DNA of 64,000 bases, from assembly GCA_023411575.1 (NCBI GenBank), contig JAEYOP010000018.1, positions 8,441 through 72,440 on the forward strand. Reading direction: 5' to 3'. Below, one piece after another: positions 10,844 to 19,593 of this stretch (its first letter is position 1; each line of letters opens with the position of its first letter). The DNA comes from Bacillota bacterium. Lineage in GTDB: Bacteria > Bacillota > Clostridia > Acetivibrionales > DTU013. A program made the position numbers and the translations under genes. The notes under the pieces are model-generated. The model ran no database searches. It worked only from the letters and a program-made list of their open reading frames with translations, and had not been told where the DNA came from.

Positions 10844-10879
10844 ACACCGGCTTCCGCGGCGCATATTGGCCGCCGCCCT

Positions 10880-10940
10880 GCATAAACGGCCCCGGACGGA
10901 ATAACATCCTGGCATAAACGGCTTCCGATGGAATAACATC
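10880..10940 (+). repeat. Imperfect 29-nt direct repeat (two copies, 32-nt period) upstream of the MFS gene
   Basis: GCATAAACGGCCCCGGACGGAATAACATC (10880-10908) and GCATAAACGGCTTCCGATGGAATAACATC (10912-10940) match at 25 of 29 positions. Confidence 0.85.
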
Positions 10941-10947
10941 TTAGTAT

Positions 10948-12273
10948 ATGCTGAATTCCGGGGTGGAAGGGATGCAGGGCAGAAGGGCGGCGGCTTTTTC
11001 CTATTATCTGGCGAGCCAGGGAATCTCCAGTCTTGGCGATTCCTTCCGGTTTATCGCGGTCACCATCCTGATCTTCAAGCTCACCGGCTCCGGCATGCAG
11101 GCGGCGCTCGGAATTGCAGTATCCACACTTCCGAGCGTCTTTTTATCCCCCTTTGCCGGCGTGCTCGGCGACAGGATCGATGAAAAACGGCTCCTGATCC
11201 TCACGGACTTTACCCGGGTCCTGGCAGTACCGTTGTTTTTGTTTGCGGATAGTGTCAGCCAGCTCTATTTGCTTTTGATTCTGCTTTCCCTGTTCGATAT
11301 TTTCTACAATCCTTCCAGAAGGAAATTCATCCTCGGAATGACCGGAAGGGAAGGCGCTCTGAAAGCAAATTCCCTTCTTACAGGGGTGTCGGGCGCAGCC
11401 TATGTTGTCGGGCCGCTGGCCGCGGGGGTGCTTACGGATGTATTCGGTCCCGCGCCGGCAATTCTCTTTGACGCTTTCTGCTGCCTGCTTTCGGGCTTTT
11501 TGACCCTGGGGGCGGGCATTCTGTACGGCAGGGAGGGACGGACGGGGAAAAGGGCGGGTACGGGAGCCGGTATTGCGGCCGGCATCGTGGCCGGTTTGGC
11601 CGGGTTCGTCGGGCTTGCGGGGCGAAAGACCGTATCGCGTTCCACCAGGTCGGCCGGAAAGCAGGGGCTGGTTTCGGAACTCCGGAAGGGCCTGGAATAC
11701 AGCGTTTCAACGCCGAATCTGAAAAGCCTGCTGATCATAGGCTTCATAACAGGCTTCTGCACGATTTCCGCCAATCTTTCGTTTTATCCCTATGCCTTCG
11801 ATGTACTCCGGGTGAACGCCAGGGGATGGAGTATGATGATCACCATTTATTACGGGACCAATCTGGTCGCCATGTTTTTGGCCGATTTCCTGGGGAACCG
11901 CTGCAAGAGGAGCGGGGGAACGCTGTTCTACGGGGGCTTGTGCATTGTAGCGGTAATCTGGGCGCTTTATGCCCGTATTGCCGTATATGCCGGGGTGCTT
12001 GCCCTGCAGTTCGTGGAAGGCACATGCATTGCCTTGTGCGGGATTCTGCTTGCCGCGCGGTTTCAGGCTATAACGGAAAAAAGCTTCATGGCCCGGGTAT
12101 CCGGGACGAACGATATTTTTACCAACGTCGGCAAGCTCGCCGGTATGGGATGTACGGCCGTCATAACCGGAAGCCTGAATTACGCCGCGGTATTTGCCCT
12201 GAACAGCTTTGTGCTGTTTCTTTTTGCTTCCGCCGGGCTGCTATGGTCGCGATGGACCCGGAATCTGACTTGA
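10948..12273 (+). CDS. MFS transporter
   Basis: About 12 TM helices with a Gly/Ala/Arg-rich central loop and an MFS-like GDRIDEKR loop after TM2. An alternative start at 10972 (MQGRR, after GGTGGAAGGG) is possible. Confidence 0.7.
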   Translation: MLNSGVEGMQGRRAAAFSYYLASQGISSLGDSFRFIAVTILIFKLTGSGMQAALGIAVSTLPSVFLSPFAGVLGDRIDEKRLLILTDFTRVLAVPLFLFADSVSQLYLLLILLSLFDIFYNPSRRKFILGMTGREGALKANSLLTGVSGAAYVVGPLAAGVLTDVFGPAPAILFDAFCCLLSGFLTLGAGILYGREGRTGKRAGTGAGIAAGIVAGLAGFVGLAGRKTVSRSTRSAGKQGLVSELRKGLEYSVSTPNLKSLLIIGFITGFCTISANLSFYPYAFDVLRVNARGWSMMITIYYGTNLVAMFLADFLGNRCKRSGGTLFYGGLCIVAVIWALYARIAVYAGVLALQFVEGTCIALCGILLAARFQAITEKSFMARVSGTNDIFTNVGKLAGMGCTAVITGSLNYAAVFALNSFVLFLFASAGLLWSRWTRNLT

Positions 12274-12332
12274 TAAGCAGTTGAAATAGAAATATAATGT
12301 TGCTAAGGCACCGACGGGCGGGAGGACAGGCC

Positions 12333-12827
12333 ATGAACAGAGAAGAACGGGTCATGAACAAAGAGGAACAGGTCATAATGGGTTTCAGGGACTTATACAA
12401 CAAGATGGTCTGGCTTAACAATTTTACGATGAAAGACCGTTTTGAGGATTATAAGTCTTCCGAAGTGCATTGCATCGAATACATTGGGAAAAATGCGGAT
12501 TCCAACGTGACAAAACTTGCGGAGTCCTTTTACATGACCAGGGGCGCCATAAGCAAAATGACCAGGAAGCTCATAAAAAAGGGTGTCCTTGAAAGCTACC
12601 AGAAGCCGGAGAATAAGAAGGAAATCTATTTCAGGCTTACGGAACAAGGGCAGGCAATCTATAATGTTCACGAGGAACTGCACCAAGGGTTTCGAGAGCG
12701 GGATAAAGCCGTGATTGAGCAGGTAACCGAGGAACAATTTGATAGTATGCTTCGCTTCGTGGAAAAATATAGCAGGCATTTGGATGCAGAAATAAAGAAA
12801 CTGGGCGTCGATTTTAAGTCGGAATAA
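12333..12827 (+). CDS. MarR-family transcriptional regulator
   Basis: The winged-HTH region is ...VTKLAESFYMTRGAISKMTRKLIKKGVLESYQKPENKKEIYFRLTEQG. I chose the ATG at 12333 because of SD GGGAGGA six nt upstream. Confidence 0.75.
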   Translation: MNREERVMNKEEQVIMGFRDLYNKMVWLNNFTMKDRFEDYKSSEVHCIEYIGKNADSNVTKLAESFYMTRGAISKMTRKLIKKGVLESYQKPENKKEIYFRLTEQGQAIYNVHEELHQGFRERDKAVIEQVTEEQFDSMLRFVEKYSRHLDAEIKKLGVDFKSE

Positions 12828-12854
12828 ATTTAAATAAGGAAAATGAAACCACGG

Positions 12855-12889
12855 GCAGCCCAACTCTATTGAGAAAAGGCTGCTTTTTT
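12855..12889 (+). terminator. Terminator-like hairpin after marR
   Basis: GCAGCC ... GGCTGC stem followed by TTTTTT. The loop is long (17 nt), so this is only moderately convincing. Confidence 0.4.
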
Positions 12890-12904
12890 ATTGCTGCTAT
12901 ATTG

Positions 12905-12945
12905 TTGACAAGGAAACAAAGTGATGATAGGATAAATATGTTTCC
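12905..12945 (+). promoter_or_regulatory. Candidate sigma-A promoter overlapped by an inverted repeat (possible MarR operator)
   Basis: TTGACA (12905-12910), a 17-nt spacer, then TAGGAT (12928-12933). The inverted repeat GGAAACA (12912-12918) / TGTTTCC (12939-12945) brackets the -10. Confidence 0.45.
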
Positions 12946-12983
12946 GAGGAATCAAAACCATAGCTTTTGAGGGGAGAATTTCA

Positions 12984-14216
12984 GTGTTCACATTTCGATC
13001 ACATAACGAACAGAACATAGAACAAACCGTAGATAAAAAGGCTTTGCTATTCGGTCTTATGTCCGTGTTTCTTTGCGGAATAGGCTTCAGTATCATAGCA
13101 CCGGTCGTCCCATTCTTAGTGCGGCCTTATATAAGCAATCCGGGAGAGCAAGCTATAGTTGTTACGCTGCTAACCTCTGTTTATGCAGTCTGCGTGCTTT
13201 TTGCGGCCCCCGGACTTGGCGCTTTGAGCGACCGATACGGCCGTCGTCCGTTGCTCCTGGTATGCCTTTTGGGTTCCGCAGCCGGGTACTTCGTTTTTGG
13301 CATAGGAGGAGCTCTGTGGGTACTATTTGCCGGGCGCATAATAGAGGGGATAACAGGCGGGAGCATAGGCACGATCTTCGCCTATTTTGCAGACATCACT
13401 CCCAGAGAACAGCGAACCAAATACTTTGGGTGGGTGAGTGCGGTTGCGGGCGCGGGCTCCGCCATCGGTCCTACTCTGGGCGGATTGCTTGCCGGGTTTG
13501 GCTATTCCGTACCCCTGTATTTTGGAGCAATAATAACTTTAATAAATTTTGTGTATGGAAGCCTATATATGCCTGAGAGCCTTAACCGGAATAATAGGCT
13601 GAAAAAGATTACCTTTGTAAGACTGAATCCCTTTACACAGCTTGCAAACGTCCTTTCCATAAAAAACTTAAAAAGGCTGCTTGTCTCGGCGTTCCTGCTT
13701 TGGATACCCAACGGCTCTTTACAGGCGGTTTTTTCACAATTTACGGTAGATACGTTCCATTGGGAGCCTGCACTAATCGGACTTATGTTTTCCATTATGG
13801 GCGTCCAGGACATTATCTCGCAAGGCTTCATAATGCCAAGGCTCCTGATAAAGCTTAGTGACGCGCAGATAGCAATTCTCGGAATGGTTTCGGAGATTAC
13901 AGGCTACGGGTTTATTGCGGCATCGGCTTTGTTCTCCTTTTATCCGCTTCTTATCGCCGGAATGTTCATATTTGGCTTTGGCGATTCGATCTTTGGGCCT
14001 TCGTTCAATGGGATGGTCTCCAAGTCCGTCGATTCGGGTGAACAAGGAAGGGTTCAGGGAGGCAGCCAGTCGATTCAATCTTTGGCAAGAATAATGGGGC
14101 CTGTCATTGGGGGTCAAATCTATGTATCCCTTGGTCATGCCGCACCCGCTTTTATGGGCATGATCCTTATAGCAGCGGCAATACCGGTTTTGTATAAGGG
14201 CACGAAACTCATATAA
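12984..14216 (+). CDS. MFS drug/H+ antiporter, TetA-like 12-TM family
   Basis: GTG start after SD GAGGGGAG. MFS motif A is GALSDRYGRRPLLL, and the protein has the 12-TM, roughly 400-aa architecture of Tet(A)-class efflux proteins. Confidence 0.8.
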   Translation: MFTFRSHNEQNIEQTVDKKALLFGLMSVFLCGIGFSIIAPVVPFLVRPYISNPGEQAIVVTLLTSVYAVCVLFAAPGLGALSDRYGRRPLLLVCLLGSAAGYFVFGIGGALWVLFAGRIIEGITGGSIGTIFAYFADITPREQRTKYFGWVSAVAGAGSAIGPTLGGLLAGFGYSVPLYFGAIITLINFVYGSLYMPESLNRNNRLKKITFVRLNPFTQLANVLSIKNLKRLLVSAFLLWIPNGSLQAVFSQFTVDTFHWEPALIGLMFSIMGVQDIISQGFIMPRLLIKLSDAQIAILGMVSEITGYGFIAASALFSFYPLLIAGMFIFGFGDSIFGPSFNGMVSKSVDSGEQGRVQGGSQSIQSLARIMGPVIGGQIYVSLGHAAPAFMGMILIAAAIPVLYKGTKLI

Positions 14217-14240
14217 ATCCGATGTTTCAGGAAAAAAGAA

Positions 14241-15431
14241 TCAGTAAAAATTCCGGTGGGAAACGGCATTCCGGCCTTTCCGCTTGGAGCGGTACAGGCC
14301 CTCGTCGGCGGCCTCGATCAGGGATTTTACATCCGTGCCGTCGGAGGGATAGGTGGCGATGCCGATGGAGATGGTGAAATGGGGCGAGTCCGTCGCGTCG
14401 ACCCGCTTGCGGAAGCGTTCGGCGACCATGACCGCCTGGTTTGCGGCCGTGCCGGGCAGGATGATGACGAATTCGTCCCCGCCGTACCGGCCGACGAGGT
14501 CGATGTCCCGGATGTTGTTCCGGGCGGAAGCGGCGAGCAGCTTAATGCATTTGTCCCCGGTAAGATGGCCCAGGGTATCGTTGATGGATTTGAAGTTGTC
14601 GATATCGAACATTACGATGGAGAATTCGCTTCCCGGCTTGGAAAGGATCAGCTTTTCGATGGAATCCAGCAGGGCGACCTTGTTCAGGACCTTGGACATG
14701 GAGTCGGTCTTGGCGATGTTCACAAGGTTCTGGTTGACCCTTTCGATCTCCAGCATTCTCTTCTTTACTTCGTATTCAATCGAACGGTTGATTGCGGCAA
14801 GCTTTTTTTCAGCCTCGCCGATCTTGACGATCTGGGAAACCAAAAACGCGCGGTAAAAATACACGAGTAAAACGATATAGGTGCCGCTCTTCAGGAGAGG
14901 AACCGAGAAAGCCAGTATCCCGGAGGTCAGGTAGTATTGCGCAATGCCGGAAGCCAAAAAAGGCAGCATCGCCCAGAAAAGCAGGTTGAGGTCCCCTTTT
15001 TTATCCTTGAGCAGATACAGAACGGCCACCGAGCCGGCAACAGTAATGGCGGAGGCGGTCAGAGCCAGGGAGAGAAGGGTGCGGCTTGCGGGCCAAAGCA
15101 CCGGCAGGAGCAGCAAAACGGCCGGAATCAGCAGCAGGCCGGATTTGGCAGGGAGGTTGTTCCCTTTTTCCTTTACCGTCGCCAGTACCAGAATGAACAA
15201 AAGCAGGAGCATGGGCTCCGCCATTTGCCACAAAGCTGCCGAAAGGGCATAATCGGATACCAGCAGGGACAACAGAACCAGCAGAAACACCGGGATGAAA
15301 GAAAACCCCAGCAATTTGGGCAGGCTTTCCGCCTTCCTGAACCACAGGGCAATTACGGGAACGCAAAAGGAAAAACATAGCGCAACTATTGTAGAAAGCA
15401 AGCTGGCAGGTTCCTGCAACTGTATCGGCAT
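14241..15431 (-). CDS. Membrane-anchored diguanylate cyclase (GGDEF)
   Basis: The N-terminal half has about 6-7 TM helices. The C-terminal GGDEF domain has an intact RYGGDEF active site and an RDID (RxxD) I-site five residues upstream. Confidence 0.85.
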   Translation of the reverse strand: MPIQLQEPASLLSTIVALCFSFCVPVIALWFRKAESLPKLLGFSFIPVFLLVLLSLLVSDYALSAALWQMAEPMLLLLFILVLATVKEKGNNLPAKSGLLLIPAVLLLLPVLWPASRTLLSLALTASAITVAGSVAVLYLLKDKKGDLNLLFWAMLPFLASGIAQYYLTSGILAFSVPLLKSGTYIVLLVYFYRAFLVSQIVKIGEAEKKLAAINRSIEYEVKKRMLEIERVNQNLVNIAKTDSMSKVLNKVALLDSIEKLILSKPGSEFSIVMFDIDNFKSINDTLGHLTGDKCIKLLAASARNNIRDIDLVGRYGGDEFVIILPGTAANQAVMVAERFRKRVDATDSPHFTISIGIATYPSDGTDVKSLIEAADEGLYRSKRKGRNAVSHRNFY

Positions 15432-15505
15432 CTTCTATCCCTCCGGAATGTATACTGGTACCTTATTACCAACATTATCGGATGCAGACGCCATTTTTTT
15501 AACGA

Positions 15506-15685
15506 TTATCTTTTTGAGAAGCTCTTACCGCCTACATATCCCCAGAACATCCCTCCGGCAAACGCAAGCGCCAGGATGCCGGCCGCCGTCCCGAGGCTGA
15601 TGTCCAGGACCCGTTCCTGGTTTTTCACCTGCAGCTCTTTTTTCATCCGTGTGATCGGGTATCTCCTTGCGGAGCTGTATCTCAT
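15506..15685 (-). CDS. Hypothetical small membrane protein (59 aa)
   Basis: SD GGAGGA lies 6 nt before the ATG. The protein has a basic N-terminus and a single C-terminal TM (LGTAAGILALAFAGGMFWGYV). I recognise no family. Confidence 0.35.
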   Translation of the reverse strand: MRYSSARRYPITRMKKELQVKNQERVLDISLGTAAGILALAFAGGMFWGYVGGKSFSKR

Positions 15686-15754
15686 ACAATTTCCTCCAGT
15701 CGCCCCCGGCACTATAGTATGCCCCTTCCGCCGCGTCTTTATTTCTTCCAGATA

Positions 15755-15784
15755 TTGAATATTCCATACGGTATTTATTATACT
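15755..15784 (+). promoter_or_regulatory. Candidate sigma-A promoter for the M16 peptidase pair
   Basis: TTGAAT (15755-15760), an 18-nt spacer, then TATACT (15779-15784). Confidence 0.4.
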
Positions 15785-15847
15785 AATAGTGATGAATTGA
15801 ACGGATTTAAATAAGGGATGACAGACATCATCGAAAGGAAGGAACAG

Positions 15848-17227
15848 ATGGAGAATGTTTCAGTTGCCGAAAAGGCCTTCAAAATAGCCTCTTTCAACGG
15901 TATTGACGTTTTCAGGATCGATGCGGAGAAATTCAAAACCAGCAGTATCAATTTTTTCTTCCTGGACAATCTGACCAGGGACCACGCAACGAAAAACGCC
16001 CTGCTGCCGGCGGTCATGAGGCGGGGCTGCGAGCCGTACCCCACCTTCAGGGACATTTCGATGCGGTTGGAAATGCTCTACGGAGCCTCCTTCGACTGCG
16101 GCGTTACGAAAAAGGGCGAGCGGCATATTATCCAGTTTTATACGGAATTCCTTTCCCGGGAATATATCCCGGATGGGACGGACTCTTTCACCGCGGCGTT
16201 TGATCTGCTTTTCAGCATCGTCACCCGGCCGGTTCTTGAAAACAACCGGTTCCGGGAGGATATCCTGGCCCAGGAAAAGGAGAAGCTGCGCCAATTGATC
16301 GAAAGCCGGGTCAACGACAAAATGCAGTACAGCGTGGAGCGCTGCCTCGAAGAGGTTTGCAGCGGCGAGCCCTTCGGCATTTATGATTACGGCCTGAAGG
16401 AGGATTTGGAACCGATTACGTCCTCGATTCTCTCGGAGCATTATCGGAAGGTCCTGGAAACCTTCCCGATGCAGGTATACCTGGCGGGAAACATCAGCGA
16501 CGACCAGGCGGAGTATGTGAAGAAACGGATGTCCGGCCTGGTGCGGCGGGAATTGAAACCCCTTGTCAGCGGCTTTACCCGGAAGAAGGGGATCCAGGTC
16601 CGGCAGGTGAGCGAAACCATGAACATCACCCAGGGAAAGCTGTGCCTGGGCTTTCGGACCAATGTGGCCCCGGATAGCGTCGAATTTCCCGCGCTGATGG
16701 TGTATAGCGGCATCCTGGGGGGAGGGATCCATTCGAAGCTCTTCCAGAATGTCCGGGAGAAGGCCAGCCTGGCCTATTACTCCTATTCGAGGCTGGAGAA
16801 ATTCAAGGGCCTGATGGTGGTCAGCAGCGGGATCGAGTTCAAAAACAGGGAAAAAGCCCTGGAGATCATCCTGAAGCAGCTGGAGGAAATCCGCAGCGGC
16901 AACATCACGGAGCAGGAGATCGAGGCGACGCTGAAAACCATGGAAACAGGAATGAAATCCCTTGGCGACAGCCAGATGAGTATTGTGGATTTTTATCTCA
17001 GCCAGTCGGTTTCCGGTACCAACGACAATTTCGACGATGTGATCCGGAAGCTGAAGGCAGTCACCCGGGATGAGGTGACGGCAGTGGCTGCGGGCATTGA
17101 ACTGGATACGGTATACTTCCTGACGGCGCCGGAGCAGCAAAAGGGCCCGGGAACAGAGCCGCAAAAAGGTCAGGAAGCGGAGCAGCCGCAAAAGGACCAG
17201 GAGCAGGGAAAGGAGTCGGAACAATGA
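15848..17227 (+). CDS. M16-family (pitrilysin/insulinase-like) protein lacking the zinc motif
   Basis: It has the two-domain M16 architecture but no HxxEH motif anywhere. I chose the ATG at 15848, which follows SD AAGGAAGG; the track ATG is 15818. Its stop overlaps the next gene's start (ATGA). Confidence 0.75.
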   Translation: MENVSVAEKAFKIASFNGIDVFRIDAEKFKTSSINFFFLDNLTRDHATKNALLPAVMRRGCEPYPTFRDISMRLEMLYGASFDCGVTKKGERHIIQFYTEFLSREYIPDGTDSFTAAFDLLFSIVTRPVLENNRFREDILAQEKEKLRQLIESRVNDKMQYSVERCLEEVCSGEPFGIYDYGLKEDLEPITSSILSEHYRKVLETFPMQVYLAGNISDDQAEYVKKRMSGLVRRELKPLVSGFTRKKGIQVRQVSETMNITQGKLCLGFRTNVAPDSVEFPALMVYSGILGGGIHSKLFQNVREKASLAYYSYSRLEKFKGLMVVSSGIEFKNREKALEIILKQLEEIRSGNITEQEIEATLKTMETGMKSLGDSQMSIVDFYLSQSVSGTNDNFDDVIRKLKAVTRDEVTAVAAGIELDTVYFLTAPEQQKGPGTEPQKGQEAEQPQKDQEQGKESEQ

Positions 17228-18507
17228 AAATAGATCGGATCGATTTCGAAAAAGCCGGGGAAACCCTGTACCAGTACCGGCACAGCAGCGGCCTGAAGGC
17301 TTTTGTCATACCACGGAAGGGTTATTCCAAGAAATACGCCACCTTTTCCACCCATTACGGTTCGACGGACAACGAATTCGTCATACCGGGGGAAAGCCAG
17401 GCGACGGCGGTGCCGGACGGAATTGCCCATTTCCTGGAGCACAAGCTTTTCGAGCAGAAGGACGGCAGCGTGATGGACAAATTCGCCCGGCTCGGCTCCA
17501 ATCCGAACGCCTATACGAGTTTCAACCAGACGGTCTACCTGTTCTCCTGCACGGACCGGTTCGAGGAGAATCTGGACCTGCTGCTCCAGTATGTCCAGAA
17601 CCCCTATATTACAGAAGAGAGCGTGGAAAAGGAAAAAGGGATCATCGGCCAGGAGATCATGATGTACCAGGACGATCCCGGCTGGAGGGCGTTTTTCAAC
17701 CTCCTCGGCGCCTTCTACAGCAAATTGCCCGTCCGGATCGACATCGCCGGTACGGTTGAAAGCATCAGCAAAATCAACCGGGATTTGCTCTATAAGTGCT
17801 ACAATACCTTTTACCATCCGTCCAATATGGCGATTCTCGTCGTGGGGGACGTGGAGCCGGAAAGCGTTTTCGGCAGGGTGGAGGCCGTCCTGGAAAAGAA
17901 GGATGCGCGGCCGGAAATAAAACGAATACTGCAGGACGAGCCGGAGGCCTTGAATAAAAGCTATGTCGAACAGGCGCTGGCGGTATCGGTCCCGATCTTC
18001 CAGATGGGTTACAAGGACCACGGGTTTGAGGGCACAGGCAGGAACGCACTGATGCGTGAAGTGGCCGTGAAGCTGCTTCTGGATATGCTTGCGGGCAGAA
18101 GCTCCGGCTTTTACGAGCAGCTTTACAGCGAAGGACTGCTGAATTCTTCCTTCGATTTCGATTATACCATTGAGCCCGGATATGCTTTTTCCATACTGGG
18201 CGGCGAATCGCCCGACCCGGAGAAGGTGAAGGATCGGTTCTGCCGGATGGTGGAGGAAACAAAAAGGAACGGACTGGACGAGACCGCCTATGAAAGACTC
18301 CGCCGGTCCATGCTCGGCCGGTACATGAGAAGGTTCAACTCCGTGGAGAGGATATCCCATACGTTCATTTCCGTCTACTTTAAAGGTGTGAATATGTTTG
18401 ACTATTTGGAGGTATATGATAAAATTACATTTGAATATGTAAAGAGGGTTTTTGAAGAGCATTTTGATAGCAATCGCCTCGCTCTTTCAGTGATCAGACC
18501 CGCATAG
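17224..18507 (+). CDS. M16-family zinc metallopeptidase (active subunit)
   Basis: The inverted zincin motif HFLEH (…GIAHFLEHKLFE…) is present near the N-terminus. The gene is translationally coupled to the preceding M16 paralogue. Confidence 0.8.
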   Translation: MKIDRIDFEKAGETLYQYRHSSGLKAFVIPRKGYSKKYATFSTHYGSTDNEFVIPGESQATAVPDGIAHFLEHKLFEQKDGSVMDKFARLGSNPNAYTSFNQTVYLFSCTDRFEENLDLLLQYVQNPYITEESVEKEKGIIGQEIMMYQDDPGWRAFFNLLGAFYSKLPVRIDIAGTVESISKINRDLLYKCYNTFYHPSNMAILVVGDVEPESVFGRVEAVLEKKDARPEIKRILQDEPEALNKSYVEQALAVSVPIFQMGYKDHGFEGTGRNALMREVAVKLLLDMLAGRSSGFYEQLYSEGLLNSSFDFDYTIEPGYAFSILGGESPDPEKVKDRFCRMVEETKRNGLDETAYERLRRSMLGRYMRRFNSVERISHTFISVYFKGVNMFDYLEVYDKITFEYVKRVFEEHFDSNRLALSVIRPA

Positions 18508-18519
18508 GAGGGGTACAAA

Positions 18520-19587
18520 ATGAATGTGCAGTTTCCGGGCTTGGGATGGGACTTTACCATCAACAATTGGGCGTTTCAGGTGTTCGGAATAAAAATCTAC
18601 TGGTACGGCATTATTATTGCAGCTGCGTTTCTGGTTGCAGTTCTTCTGGCAACAAGAGATTCTCAAAAATATGACATCAAGCCGGACGATATCCTTGATC
18701 TCGTACTTTTCTGCGCTCCCGCGGCAATCATTGGAGCCAGGCTTTATTATGTGGCGTTCAGCTGGAACGAATTCAAGGACGATCTCCTGAGCATTTTCAT
18801 GACGAGAAACGGAGGGCTCGCGGTTTACGGCGGCGTGATCGGCGCTTTCATCGCGGTGTTTTTTGTGGCAAGACACAAAAAAATTCCGGTCCTGCGGCTT
18901 CTGGATTTCGGCGTGCCCTATCTTGCGCTGGGACAGGCCATAGGACGCTGGGGCAACTTTGTGAACCAGGAAGCCTTCGGCTCGCCGACGAATCTGCCGT
19001 GGCGCATGAACGGCGATATCGTCAACAGCTACCTGGGCAGCCTGGGCCGGACGCTGGATCTGACCAAATACGGCGCGCATCCCACCTTTTTCTATGAATC
19101 GCTGTGGGACTTTGCCCTTTTCCTGTTTCTCGCCGTCTTTCGAAAGAGGAAGAAAGTCCAGGGGGAAGTGCTTTTCCTGTACCTGATCCTGTACGGGATC
19201 GGCCGGGCGGTTATCGAGGGCCTGAGAACAGACAGCCTCATGCTTGGGAGCGTCAGGGTCTCGCAGCTTCTTTCCGTACTGCTGGTGCTGGTGTTTGCAA
19301 CTATTTTCATTAGAGGACGTCTAAAGCAGAAAAAGACGGAAGAAGAAGAGCCGGCGGATCTGGGACAAAGCCGGTATGGCTCCGTGCTGATGAAGATGAA
19401 GGAAGAAGAAAATGCGGAGCATTCCGCTGCAAGTGCGGAAGCGGATGCGGACGCGAAAGCCGACAGCGAAGACACAGCGAAGGGGAGTCCGGAGAAGGCT
19501 TCGGAAGAACTGCAGAAGGAGCCTGACATGGAGGAAACTGCCGGACCGGAAAGCGCCGCGGAGGACGCGGCGGAGAGTAAGGAGTAG
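18520..19587 (+). CDS. lgt: Prolipoprotein diacylglyceryl transferase with an acidic C-terminal extension
   Basis: The Lgt signature GRWGNFVNQEAFG and the usual 7-TM core are present. An extra tail of about 87 aa, rich in E, D, A and K, begins at nt 19324. Confidence 0.85.
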   Translation: MNVQFPGLGWDFTINNWAFQVFGIKIYWYGIIIAAAFLVAVLLATRDSQKYDIKPDDILDLVLFCAPAAIIGARLYYVAFSWNEFKDDLLSIFMTRNGGLAVYGGVIGAFIAVFFVARHKKIPVLRLLDFGVPYLALGQAIGRWGNFVNQEAFGSPTNLPWRMNGDIVNSYLGSLGRTLDLTKYGAHPTFFYESLWDFALFLFLAVFRKRKKVQGEVLFLYLILYGIGRAVIEGLRTDSLMLGSVRVSQLLSVLLVLVFATIFIRGRLKQKKTEEEEPADLGQSRYGSVLMKMKEEENAEHSAASAEADADAKADSEDTAKGSPEKASEELQKEPDMEETAGPESAAEDAAESKE

Positions 19588-19593
19588 GGAATA

